Source: Bacteroidales bacterium Phil12 (GTDB taxonomy: Bacteria; Bacteroidota; Bacteroidia; Bacteroidales; P3). Taken from it: a stretch of 64,000 nt of DNA. The stretch lies in assembly GCA_002633275.1 (NCBI GenBank), contig NWBO01000165.1:11015-75014 (forward strand), given 5' to 3'. Shown here piece by piece: positions 7,461 to 16,286 of the stretch. Positions within the stretch are counted from its first letter, which is position 1; each line of letters opens with the position of its first letter. The notes below the pieces were generated by a model. The model was not told the DNA's origin. It saw only the letters and a program-made list of their open reading frames with translations, and ran no database searches. The position numbers and the translations under genes are program-made.

Positions 7461-8327
7461 TCATTTCGTCTTGTCCCGAAGTCGTTTCTGTCTGACCTCT
7501 TGAACACGTTTCTTGTAGTAGTCAAGCACATAGTCAAGACCATACTCCTCAATATTCCTATCATTGGCTTGCAGGAACTCATATCCTCCAGAGTCGGCTT
7601 CAAGCGCATAGCGGAAGATCTGCACTCGCTTGTCAAGTTCGTCCGCTCTCTGCTTCTGCTCCCACCATAGGAATGTACCAAAAGCAATAGCAAGCGAGGC
7701 GATATAATAGGCAAATGTTTTCCAAAAACAAGAGATTATATCAAGCCAGATGCGATGGAGAAAATAGCCAAACTTTGACCGCTTTACATTTGATTTAGGC
7801 TTCGCTGTTGGCTCTATTGGGCTATCATCTTTGAAAGGATTGGCTGGTATCTGAGGATTGTCATCAACTGCCAGGATAATATCATCACCAACCTTGACCT
7901 CCTTATAGCCGTTGAGTTTCAGCAAAGCCTTGTGGAATTTGATGAACCAATTATTCCAAGGTTGGGTGACAGTCTCGAACAGATGCTTGTTGCCTTCGAG
8001 AAGACTCTTCGTATCAATGGGCACAGTCTGCTTACCAAGGTCAACCTTTGGTGGATTCTCTTTGAATTTTTCAAGCACAGCATTTGCGAAGGTGTCGACA
8101 TCCATCGTTTGGGTAGTGGCAGGAGTTGATACTGCCTGATCTCCCGACTGTAGTCCCAACTTGGGAATATCGGTGTTGTCGCTCTCCATGAAATAATTAC
8201 CTTCATCACTCAATGAGAACCCCAGCCGCTCAGCAATCGTTTTGAGTGCCTGCCACAGTTTATCCTGGTTTGACTTTACTTCACCAACATTTGTGATGAT
8301 GGTGTCAAGTTTATCTATCTTGGCCAT
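7461..8327 (-). CDS. Mobilization-module accessory protein of unknown function, with one TM segment
   Basis: 288-aa ORF directly downstream of the relaxase (3-nt gap). It has the hydrophobic segment FAYYIASLAIAFGTFLWW. No recognisable catalytic motif. Confidence 0.55.
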   Translation of the reverse strand: MAKIDKLDTIITNVGEVKSNQDKLWQALKTIAERLGFSLSDEGNYFMESDNTDIPKLGLQSGDQAVSTPATTQTMDVDTFANAVLEKFKENPPKVDLGKQTVPIDTKSLLEGNKHLFETVTQPWNNWFIKFHKALLKLNGYKEVKVGDDIILAVDDNPQIPANPFKDDSPIEPTAKPKSNVKRSKFGYFLHRIWLDIISCFWKTFAYYIASLAIAFGTFLWWEQKQRADELDKRVQIFRYALEADSGGYEFLQANDRNIEEYGLDYVLDYYKKRVQEVRQKRLRDKTK

Positions 8328-8330
8328 ATT

Positions 8331-9524
8331 CTATAAACTCCTTCCTTTTCTGCGTTGTCCCAACATGGAACGATTATACTTGAATCTGAACTTCCACTTG
8401 TCTTTGTCATCGTCATCCTTGTAGCCATTACTATTGCTGGAACCGCCGCCACCTCCACAGCTGCACTGCTCAATGGGCGTGGTGTAAGGTGCCAGTGCCA
8501 CTGCTATCATCAAGCCAAGAGGGATGAAGCCTGTCTGAGCATCCTTTGATGGGATGTACTCATCAGCATCATAGTCCACATAGTGATGCTCGCTGTTGGA
8601 CTGATAATCCATCAGAGAGAAGGCATTGGGCAATTTGGCGATTGCTTTCTCGACAGGATATGTGACATCAAAATCCGGGAAGGCTTTCATGATGGCAGAA
8701 TGATAACGAGTGTCATTTATCCATAGTAACGACTCTACCTTCTGGTCATAGTAGTTCTTCACATTCTCATGTGCCAACTCATGCACATCACCAAACTTCT
8801 CAGCGAGCCGGGCATAGACAAGCGAGTTGTCGAGATGCTTGCCGCTGCACGAATATTTGCCATCAGCGAACGACACACCCATCAGCTCACGGGTGACATT
8901 GTTGTAGTGGAACTTCAACTTGATGCCTTGGTTCTTCAGTTGGTCCTCAAACTGCTTCCAATCTTCCGACTTGTCGCGAGCTATGATGACCTTATCCATC
9001 ATCTCCTGACGAAGCTTGACTGTTCCTTTCAGGCATTCCTTGTTGACCGCTTCCTTGCATTTCGATTGATGTAGTTCATATTTCTGATTGAGAGCCTTGA
9101 ACACCTCAATGTTGCGTCTGCGCTCATTGGCATTACTGATGACTTTGCCCTTTCTGTTGACCCTTGAAGCCACGATATGGCAGTGAGGGTGCTCTTTATC
9201 AAAGTGTCGATAGATGACAAACTCAGTGTCGCTGTAGCCCATCTGAGCCATGTAGTCGGTGGCAACCTTATGCATGAAATCATCGGTCAGTTTCTCCTTG
9301 TCGGCTTTGTGGAAGTTCAAAGAGATATGTTTGAAAGGCTGCTTCAAGTTATGGTCTCCAAGCATGGATGCTGCCTCAAGGCAAGCCGCAATGGTCTTGT
9401 TGTCCGTAGGGAGTACTCCGCTGCTGTGCATAAGCAGTTGCGTTTTCTTGTCCTCCTCACGAATTGCCATGATGTAGTCAACGGCAAATTTACAATTATG
9501 GGGTTGAGTAAGGTTTGCTACCAT
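8331..9524 (-). CDS. Relaxase/mobilization nuclease (MobA/VirD2 superfamily)
   Basis: FKHISLNFH..YSDTEFVIYRHFDKEHPHCHIVASRVN (HxDxxxPHxH histidine triad). It sits downstream of a MobC-family gene. Confidence 0.85.
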   Translation of the reverse strand: MVANLTQPHNCKFAVDYIMAIREEDKKTQLLMHSSGVLPTDNKTIAACLEAASMLGDHNLKQPFKHISLNFHKADKEKLTDDFMHKVATDYMAQMGYSDTEFVIYRHFDKEHPHCHIVASRVNRKGKVISNANERRRNIEVFKALNQKYELHQSKCKEAVNKECLKGTVKLRQEMMDKVIIARDKSEDWKQFEDQLKNQGIKLKFHYNNVTRELMGVSFADGKYSCSGKHLDNSLVYARLAEKFGDVHELAHENVKNYYDQKVESLLWINDTRYHSAIMKAFPDFDVTYPVEKAIAKLPNAFSLMDYQSNSEHHYVDYDADEYIPSKDAQTGFIPLGLMIAVALAPYTTPIEQCSCGGGGGSSNSNGYKDDDDKDKWKFRFKYNRSMLGQRRKGRSL

Positions 9525-9581
9525 AGGCTGTGTAAATGATTAAAGTTATTACTGGCATTCATTGAATAGGATGTATAACGG

Positions 9582-9977
9582 TCAGCTGGCAACAGTCAGG
9601 TCACCGCCTCTGACCACACGCTTGACGAGCTCAGAGAGTCGGCCAACAGTATCCTCGGCCAGAGTCTTGATAGAGACAAGTCCGCCCGGGTTGGCACGCT
9701 TGGCTATCTGATTTATATTGTTGCCCATATTGGCGATGTTCCGCACCAATATCACTTGCTCATCATTGATGTGGGATTTGACATTTGCAGAGAGAGCTGC
9801 GTCATGAATGTAGTGCAGAGGACGCTTGCCTGTCTTGTCCGCTTTCATGTGGACGATGTCACTCTCAGACTGATTGAAGCTGACAGTCCATCGTTCCGCA
9901 ATCTTCTCATCTTCATCTTTGGGAGGTATACCTCCCTTTTTTCGTTCTGTGTCTATAGTTTTGGGGGTATAACTCAT
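9582..9977 (-). CDS. MobC-family relaxosome accessory protein
   Basis: ..LVRNIANMGNNINQIAKRANPGG.. is the typical MobC (NxNQiAr) motif. The gene lies immediately upstream of the relaxase. Confidence 0.75.
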   Translation of the reverse strand: MSYTPKTIDTERKKGGIPPKDEDEKIAERWTVSFNQSESDIVHMKADKTGKRPLHYIHDAALSANVKSHINDEQVILVRNIANMGNNINQIAKRANPGGLVSIKTLAEDTVGRLSELVKRVVRGGDLTVAS

Positions 9978-10153
9978 ATAGATTGTTTTAAGATTTGTAA
10001 TAGAGGGGAAAAGGTAGCGAGGCGAACGCCTGAGGGCATCCGAAGGCTTTCATGCAGGGCGAATGCCCGTTGCAGCAGAGGAGAAGTCAGACTGCCTGAA
10101 AGGAGGTCTGGCAGCTCCGAGTTTTTGCACAAAAAACACAACCTCGCTTCCTC

Positions 10154-10184
10154 AAAAACGTGAGATTTCAAACCACACGTTTTT
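10154..10184 (-). terminator. Bidirectional-looking hairpin AAAAACGTG-N13-CACGTTTTT
   Basis: Perfect 9-bp arms at 10154-10162 and 10176-10184, 28 nt downstream of the stop of the minus-strand gene 10212..10838. Confidence 0.5.
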
Positions 10185-10211
10185 ACCGCTTTTCCGAGTG
10201 TCGAAGACGCG

Positions 10212-10838
10212 TTACAGCTGTTCCTCCATGCCGTCAAACAGCGTTTGGCCAGCTTGATGGGACTGCTGTTCGTTAGGATTATAAGAGGTGTCAGAAGCCT
10301 TACCTTCGGGTGAAACAGAAGCCTGTGGAGATGGATCTGCAGTGACTTTAGGAGCCGTAGTTCCAGCAGCGCAGTCAGCTTCCGTGGAGCCAGGAGGCGT
10401 GGCTTCGGGAGTATCGCCATGAGAGTCAGGCTGTGCGTCATTCTGATGCTCTGCCTGTCTCTCGTCAGTTGGCGGTCTAGAAGAGGAAGGCTCATCAGGG
10501 AGGCAGTCAGAGACAGCTGCCATGGTGAGCACAGAGCGAAGCTTATTAGCGTCTCGTTTGATGAGCCCCAGTTGTTCCATTTCAGACATGAGTCTGGTCA
10601 TGACCTTGCGGCTCATGTTCCAACGCTCGCTAAAAGAGTTAGCTGATGCTTCGACTTCAAGAGGCTTTAATGGGACATCAATGCCTCGTTTGCGGTCGGT
10701 ACATCCAGTGACAGACATCCCATACAACAGGTCTTTGTAGATGGTCAGATGAGGTATGCCACAGGTTATCCCATACTTGGGTGTCAGGAACAGGGTGATG
10801 GCAGAGAACTGCGCTTCTGAGATAGATTTCTTGTCCAT
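10212..10838 (-). CDS. Hypothetical protein with a putative winged-helix segment and a long acidic, Pro/Ser/Thr/Ala-rich, probably disordered tail
   Basis: 208-aa ORF. ..FSERWNMSRKVMTRLMSEMEQLGLIKRD.. looks like a wHTH. The ATG lies 1 nt from the stop of the upstream gene. The overlapping ORF 9974..10495 is judged spurious. Confidence 0.5.
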   Translation of the reverse strand: MDKKSISEAQFSAITLFLTPKYGITCGIPHLTIYKDLLYGMSVTGCTDRKRGIDVPLKPLEVEASANSFSERWNMSRKVMTRLMSEMEQLGLIKRDANKLRSVLTMAAVSDCLPDEPSSSRPPTDERQAEHQNDAQPDSHGDTPEATPPGSTEADCAAGTTAPKVTADPSPQASVSPEGKASDTSYNPNEQQSHQAGQTLFDGMEEQL

Positions 10839-10839
10839 A

Positions 10840-11169
10840 TTAGTGTCTGTTAAGGTGAGTAAAATGTTTGTCTAATTGTTGTGCGATGTTGGGCGCCGCG
10901 ATGGTAGTTATTTCACGCAAGACATCACCCAGTCTATCACGAGGAATGCTCTCCATGTAGAGATACACAATAGCCATCGCAGCTCCGTAACGTAATGAAT
11001 CGTGGGCCAGTTGGCTAATAGGAGTATCATCTGATGCCTCTTTGTCAAAAGCAAAGTCGAAGAAGGTTTCCATGCGAATTTTCATAGCTTCGAGATTTTT
11101 GTTGGTCTGCGCCCATTCAATCATTGAGTTGATGGCTGCATTTTTCATGTTTACAATAGGATTGTTCAT
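10840..11169 (-). CDS. Hypothetical 109-aa protein, paralog of 11433..11738
   Basis: Shared pattern with 11433..11738: AINSMIEWAQTNKNLEAMKIRMETFF versus AVDAAVHWAKTGQGYFAMRNRVEEYF. Confidence 0.5.
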   Translation of the reverse strand: MNNPIVNMKNAAINSMIEWAQTNKNLEAMKIRMETFFDFAFDKEASDDTPISQLAHDSLRYGAAMAIVYLYMESIPRDRLGDVLREITTIAAPNIAQQLDKHFTHLNRH

Positions 11170-11432
11170 TTTTTATAGATTATAAAATATGTTAGTAATT
11201 TCTGTTGCCCTGCCCGGTGATTTACCAAGCAGCGCACAGATTGTTATCCTGAAAGTCATTGATATATAACAGTCCATCATAGACAGTGCTTGATTGGAAA
11301 GCCTCGAAACCTGCCACGACCAACTGACCATGCAATAGTCAGCGGTCATGGCGAGGTGAGGATCATCCCTTAATCAACATCTATGAAAGAAACAAGTAAC
11401 ATCTAAAAGGGGTCAATAGATAAAGGCTTCGG

Positions 11433-11738
11433 TCAGCGATGAACTTCACGCACCACATTATTGGGCAAGTCGGAGGCGATGTCCCGGATCTCACAATCGA
11501 GTTTGGAGAGTTCGGCAGGGCTCAGGGGCATGATGCACTTCGTCATCAGACTGTGCATTGCCAGCTTCCGACTGTTGTTCACAAACCAGAGACTTGGGTC
11601 TTTGTCGGGAGTAGAGGCAACAAAGTATTCTTCGACTCTGTTCCTCATGGCAAAGTAGCCTTGGCCCGTCTTCGCCCAATGTACTGCCGCATCCACTGCT
11701 GATTTCAACAGGTTTTCACGTTGAGTATCGTTATCCAT
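11433..11738 (-). CDS. Hypothetical 101-aa protein, paralog of 10840..11169
   Basis: See the paralog entry. Several antisense ORFs in the track overlap this gene and are shorter. Confidence 0.5.
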   Translation of the reverse strand: MDNDTQRENLLKSAVDAAVHWAKTGQGYFAMRNRVEEYFVASTPDKDPSLWFVNNSRKLAMHSLMTKCIMPLSPAELSKLDCEIRDIASDLPNNVVREVHR

Positions 11739-11789
11739 AAGCGGTATAAGATTTCAAGGTTATCTAATATGAGGGACAAGAGAATGGGG

Positions 11790-12089
11790 TCATCGCTGCC
11801 TGAGGATGTTGTCAATATCCGACTTGGCATAGAGTCTGCAACGTCCCATCTTGGATGGAACCAGGTAGCCGGACTTCGCCCACGATGCCAGTGTGCCAGG
11901 GCTCACATGACACAACTTTGCTGTCTCTTCTGCAGTGAGCCATTGCTCGTCCGTGTTGGCCTGCTCCTGTTTGTGGGCATCCATTTCTCTTGTCTTCTCA
12001 ATCAGCTTCTCTGCAAACTTGACAAGGTCTTCGGCGGAGACTTCAAGCTTCACTCGACCGCCTGCTTCAATTACGCTGTATAAATCCAT
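11790..12089 (-). CDS. Excisionase-like HTH (HTH_17/MerR-type) DNA-binding protein
   Basis: ..WLTAEETAKLCHVSPGTLASWAKSGYLVPSKMGRCRLYAKSDIDNIL.. The gene is located just downstream of the integrase genes. Confidence 0.65.
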   Translation of the reverse strand: MDLYSVIEAGGRVKLEVSAEDLVKFAEKLIEKTREMDAHKQEQANTDEQWLTAEETAKLCHVSPGTLASWAKSGYLVPSKMGRCRLYAKSDIDNILRQR

Positions 12090-12171
12090 TTATTCTATGA
12101 TATTATTTAAGGTCTGTGTAAATAGACTGGTTTTGTTGTCCTGAAAATGTGTTATCCTGAATGCAATCTTT

Positions 12172-13485
12172 CTATTGAATGAGTCCGATGAGATTCTTCT
12201 TCATGTCATCGTCAATGGTTCTGTAGCGGGCGAAAGCCTTACTACCGTTGACGTGACCAGACATGGAGGCAATCAGATTGGGGTCTTGCACCTGCTTGTA
12301 CAGATTGCCGATGAAGGTTCTTCGAGCCATGTGACTGCTGGCAATCTCATTGATAGGGTGTTGCTCCTCCAACTTGGTGAGATAGTTGATGACAGTCACC
12401 ATACGTGTGACTCCGGCACGGGGCAGGCACTCACGGATGGCATCATTGTACTTATTTATGGGATAGATGGGGAAGATTGCTTTTGTTGGCCTGTCCTTGA
12501 ACTTCTCATAGATGGCGATGCACTTGTCATTGAGCGGAACACGAACCACCTTTGCCAGACGATGGATGGTCTTGTGCGGAATGTATTCCAACACTCCATC
12601 AATCACGTTGGCTGGAGTAAGGCGCAACAAATCACCGAAACGACAGCCAATCATGCACTGGAAGATGAACATATCCCGGAACATTTCAAGATGTGGCTCG
12701 GCTGACAGGTCGAGCTCGACAACCTTGTTTCGCTCCTCTACATCTATGAAGTATGGTGTGCCGTAAATCTCCTGAGGAAACTCAAAACCCTTAAAAGGGT
12801 TGTTGGCCGTTATTCCTTTGTCGATGCACCAATTGACAACCGTTCTCAGTCGTGTGAACACGCTCTTTAGAGTGTTGTCGCTGCGTGGCTGAGTGGGCAT
12901 CTTACCACGCTTCTTGTAGAGTTTAGGATAGTCCTTGGCATACTGATGCTCATTGACAAGATAAATGTAGAACTCCTCCAAATCCTTGCGGGTTACTGTG
13001 TCGATATTCATAGAGTAAGCCTTTACGCCCTTGACGTGCTGCTTATACATCTGGAATCGTTCAATCTTGCCAACAGTGCCAAGGTTCACACAAGCCTGAC
13101 GCTTGTCAAAGTCCTTGCTCTCAACATATTGATGGATGAGTGCGGTAAGTTTGGTCTCCTGACAAACCTCTCCCATGAGCTTATAAGCATTGGGATGGTG
13201 GAATACGAAGATAATCTTCTTCAACCATTCGCTGTCGGCTCCTTTGTAGTACTCGGCTGCCACCTGACGAGTGAGGTCAATGATGGCATTGTTGAACTTC
13301 TGACGGTCAGCCTCTCTGACAAGTGCCACCTTGGGTCGGTAGCCTTGACGCCGTGCGTCCCAGTATTTGGGGTTGATGGACAGCTCGGTAGCTGCCTTGA
13401 GGTCACAGTTCTCGTCACGCACTCTGATATAGATGCGTCCGACCTCTCTGTCATTGGTCTTGCGGATATATGCTGTAACTTTCAT
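12172..13485 (-). CDS. Tyrosine site-specific integrase (intact)
   Basis: 437 aa. The C-terminal catalytic region reads ..GCRFGDLLRL..HMARRTFIGNLYKQVQDPNLIASMSGHVNGSKAFARYRTIDDD (R..HxxR..H..Y). Confidence 0.9.
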   Translation of the reverse strand: MKVTAYIRKTNDREVGRIYIRVRDENCDLKAATELSINPKYWDARRQGYRPKVALVREADRQKFNNAIIDLTRQVAAEYYKGADSEWLKKIIFVFHHPNAYKLMGEVCQETKLTALIHQYVESKDFDKRQACVNLGTVGKIERFQMYKQHVKGVKAYSMNIDTVTRKDLEEFYIYLVNEHQYAKDYPKLYKKRGKMPTQPRSDNTLKSVFTRLRTVVNWCIDKGITANNPFKGFEFPQEIYGTPYFIDVEERNKVVELDLSAEPHLEMFRDMFIFQCMIGCRFGDLLRLTPANVIDGVLEYIPHKTIHRLAKVVRVPLNDKCIAIYEKFKDRPTKAIFPIYPINKYNDAIRECLPRAGVTRMVTVINYLTKLEEQHPINEIASSHMARRTFIGNLYKQVQDPNLIASMSGHVNGSKAFARYRTIDDDMKKNLIGLIQ

Positions 13486-13509
13486 ATCTATCTGTATTAA
13501 TGCATTTTA

Positions 13510-14822
13510 CTATTGTATCTTATTCAAAATTTCACGCTTCAAGTCATCATCGATAGTGCGGTAGCGTTCAAAGGCTACGCTGTTGGCTGCATGACCTGTC
13601 AGCGAGGCGACAAGTGCCTGGTCTTTGACCTGCTTTAAAGGTTTCCTACAAAGGTCTTTCGGGCGGTGTGCGTGGTGGCAACCTCATAGAGAGGGTGTTG
13701 TTCCTCTTCTCTCGTCAGAGGGTTGAGAATCGTCACCATTCGGGTGATGCCAGCCATCTGTAAGCAGCATCTGATGTAGCTGCCGTAGCCATGCTTATCA
13801 AAATGAGGGAAAAGGCGTTTGCCGAGTCCTTCATATTTGGCGATTATGGCCAGAGCCTTGTCGGCAAGAAGCACACGCACAAGCTCGCTGCGATTATTCG
13901 CCAGGTTCTTGCCCGGTACATATTCAAGCCATCCGTCTTTGATATTGTCTCTTGTCAGTCGGAAGAGGTCTCCCTGACGGCATCCGACAAAGCACTGAAA
14001 TACAAAGATGTCACGCACAAGGTCTATCTGTGGAACATAGGAAAAGTCGTACTCATAGAGTTGGTCACGCTCCTCAATGCTGAGATAGTATGGTGTCCCA
14101 TATATACGCTGCTCGGTTGGTATATCTCTGAATGTCAAGTCTGTGTCATAACCATTCTTGACCGTCCAATTCAAGAAGGCCTTGAGTCTCTGACAACAAC
14201 TGCTTATAGAATTCTTTGATGATGGCACTATCGTGCGTCTGTACAGTGTGAACTGCTGATAGAACTCAGGATAGTGGCAGAAGTAGTCGTGTTCATTATA
14301 ATGGTAGTGAAGAAAGTCATCAAGCATATCACGACCAAAGTCTTTCAATGTGAGCTTGAACTCCTCGTTGCCTTCCATCTGCTGCCGCCAAGCCTCATAT
14401 CGGCGAAGGCGGCGACCGATTGCGATGATGCCTGTGGCATTCTCATGCACTGGTTTCTCCTTGGCAATGTAGTCTTCAAATATATCAAAGAACTCCGTCA
14501 ATTTTTTGGACCTGCGCCCTCGCTTCTTGGGTGAGTTATCGGGATGGACGAAGTTCTTAACCTCATCTGTGAACCATAAGAGGTCGCATCCGTTCACATA
14601 CTCATCTTTGATATGTGCTATCACATCGATGAGCTTCTTGTTTGTACTCTCTCTTACTTCTTTGGGAACCTCTGGCACATCTTTGTAACCTGGTATCGTT
14701 GGGTCGAAGTACATGGGCTCAACTCTTATACCGGTGGAAACCTTCCAGTCGATTTCTCTGCCATCACGAAGTCTGATATAGACGAGTGAATTGGACTTTC
14801 TAATTGTTGCTATAACTTTCAT
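13510..14822 (-). pseudogene. Second tyrosine integrase, paralog of 12172..13485, disrupted by a 1-nt deletion
   Basis: The ORF stops at ..HTARKTFVGNL* (13635). The -1 frame continues KQVKDQALVASLTGHAANSVAFERYRTIDDDLKREILNKIQ* to 13510, colinear with GNLYKQVQD..GH..RYRTIDDD of the intact paralog. Only 2 nt (TA) remain where a Tyr codon is expected at 13636-13637. Confidence 0.8.
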
Positions 14823-15030
14823 AGAAAAATTGAATTTTGATTTAATTTTGGTACAAAGTTAATTTGGTTCCCACAAATATTCCCAAAGAAATCATATTTA
14901 CTTCATCCTTGTTAGATTTAAATAACACTTACGATTTTTATCCAAATACCCTAAATTAGAGCAATTTACAAGCATTGTTAGTATGATTTAACACAGTTAG
15001 CAATAGTCTGATTTAGGTATTAAAAACGGC

Positions 15031-15040
15031 TAAAATAATC
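15031..15040. repeat. Right terminal inverted repeat of the nested element (TAAAATAATC), followed by or overlapping the duplicated target CTCCTCG at 15040-15046
   Basis: Exact reverse complement of 1841-1850. The adjacent 6-bp TCCTCG is identical at both junctions. Confidence 0.8.
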
Positions 15041-15201
15041 TCCTCGCTCACTTGGGTCAATGCCGCTGTACCGGCCGAATAGTCTCCTGCGGTGGTCTGT
15101 GCCATCATTGCGGTTACACCACACACCATCATCAGGCAGGTCATCTGCGCTTTCTTGGAGGTCGCAATCTTCTTTGCGAATCGTTTTACTTTTTCAAACA
15201 T
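15040..15201 (-). pseudogene. traE: traE 5' fragment (start codon, signal/TM region, first 54 codons)
   Basis: MFEKVKRFAKKIATSKKAQMTCLMMVCGVTAMMAQTTAGDYSAGTAALTQVSEE. The frame then reads through into the element end (IILAVFNT*, track ORF 15013..15201). Confidence 0.85.
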
Positions 15202-15252
15202 GCTTGTTTCGTTTTAATTGGACTTTAATTATTGTTTTACACTCGTGATTTT

Positions 15253-15585
15253 CTAAATTCGGTAGCCGAAGAATGCCGGGAATACGATGGATGCCCCGAT
15301 AATGAAGAGGCAGGATCCTACCAGCGTGAAGATATGCTTGGTGATTCCGTCTTCGCCCGTGTTCATCTTGATGTATATCTGGAATGCGGCTATGACCGCA
15401 AAACCTCCTGCAACCGCATAAATGATATACTGGACGTACATCATCATCGTTACGACAAAGTCGTGCATCGAAGCCAATGCGTCTGCGCCCCAGGAGTAAT
15501 TCACGCCGCCGCTCTTTGCGAAGACCGCACAAGGCTGCAGCATGAAGATTGGAGTTATTGCTTTTTTGATGTTCCATCCTGTCAT
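15253..15585 (-). CDS. DUF4134-type (TraE-like, VirB2-like) small membrane protein
   Basis: ..YVQYIIYAVAGGFAVIAAFQIYIKMNTGEDGITKHIFTLVGSCLFIIGASIVFPAFFG aligns with reconstituted TraE ..CYAIAGVVAVVGAISVYIAMNNEEQDVKKKIMMVVGACIFLIVAAQALPLFFG. Confidence 0.65.
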   Translation of the reverse strand: MTGWNIKKAITPIFMLQPCAVFAKSGGVNYSWGADALASMHDFVVTMMMYVQYIIYAVAGGFAVIAAFQIYIKMNTGEDGITKHIFTLVGSCLFIIGASIVFPAFFGYRI

Positions 15586-16028
15586 AGTTCGTCTATTGCC
15601 GGTTTTATGGTTACACCTCCGTTGGATGGGGAGTTGCCAAGACCTTTTCCCATCATCAATTTGTATAGCTCTGCGGAATTGTAAGGGTTGAAGAAAGTGG
15701 CATGGGTCTCTTCCATTTTTTCATCAATCCTGTGGTTGATTGCTTCAACCACATCCTGCTTGTGCTTTTCGCTCTCCGGTTCTTTATCGTCCGACACAGA
15801 CTGCGTTTCATCAACGTAGTGTGTCTCATACTCGTTGTCCCCGACATTGAACCCCTTGTCGTTCTCCACCACGCTGACACTTTCTTCAGCATCAAATTCG
15901 CTCACGTCGAACTCTTCTTCCTCGGATTTCTTCTTTTCACCGTTTTCGTGAAGGTCTTTGGTTATTATTACCGCATAATATACGATGTATGCTACGGTCA
16001 GCACAAGGACGAAAATGAAGTATGCTTT
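15582..16028 (-). CDS. Small N-terminally anchored, highly acidic protein; first gene of the tra block
   Basis: The preferred start gives MKAYFIFVLVLTVAYIVYYAVII... (the track ORF extends to 16076). Its stop overlaps the next ATG (ATGA). Confidence 0.45.
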   Translation of the reverse strand, partial: KAYFIFVLVLTVAYIVYYAVIITKDLHENGEKKKSEEEEFDVSEFDAEESVSVVENDKGFNVGDNEYETHYVDETQSVSDDKEPESEKHKQDVVEAINHRIDEKMEETHATFFNPYNSAELYKLMMGKGLGNSPSNGGVTIKPAIDEL

Positions 16029-16286
16029 CATATTTTTATAGTCTGAATTTAGAATATGATTAAAATATGAATGCAAAGGAAATACAATATTTTCATACTC
16101 TGAAAAATATCTGAGAAAACAGGCAGAATCTTAAATATTTTTTGGTAAAAACCTAAAATCATACTCAAATATCATACTTTGAATGAATTTTCAGACGTTT
16201 TACGAGTGCATATAAACACGAAAAGCCCTCCTTGTTAGGGAGAGCCTTCTATGGGTTGTGGTATGCTATCAGAGGGAATACAAAGA

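Larger units (their letters stand above)
1841..15040. mobile_element. 13.2-kb integrative mobilizable element (tyrosine integrase, Xis-like HTH, Mob relaxase module, AT-rich cargo operon) inserted inside traE
   Basis: Bounded by GATTATTTTA (1841-1850) and its exact reverse complement TAAAATAATC (15031-15040). Flanked by TTCCTCG (1833-1839) and CTCCTCG (15040-15046). The two traE halves on either side join in frame (..TQVSEE|IAKYVP..). Confidence 0.85.

Noticed and set aside
9974-10495. 173-aa minus-strand ORF
   Set aside because: It overlaps 10212..10838 in another frame and runs through the terminator hairpin and the non-coding putative oriT region. It is Leu/Arg/Ser-rich like an off-frame translation.
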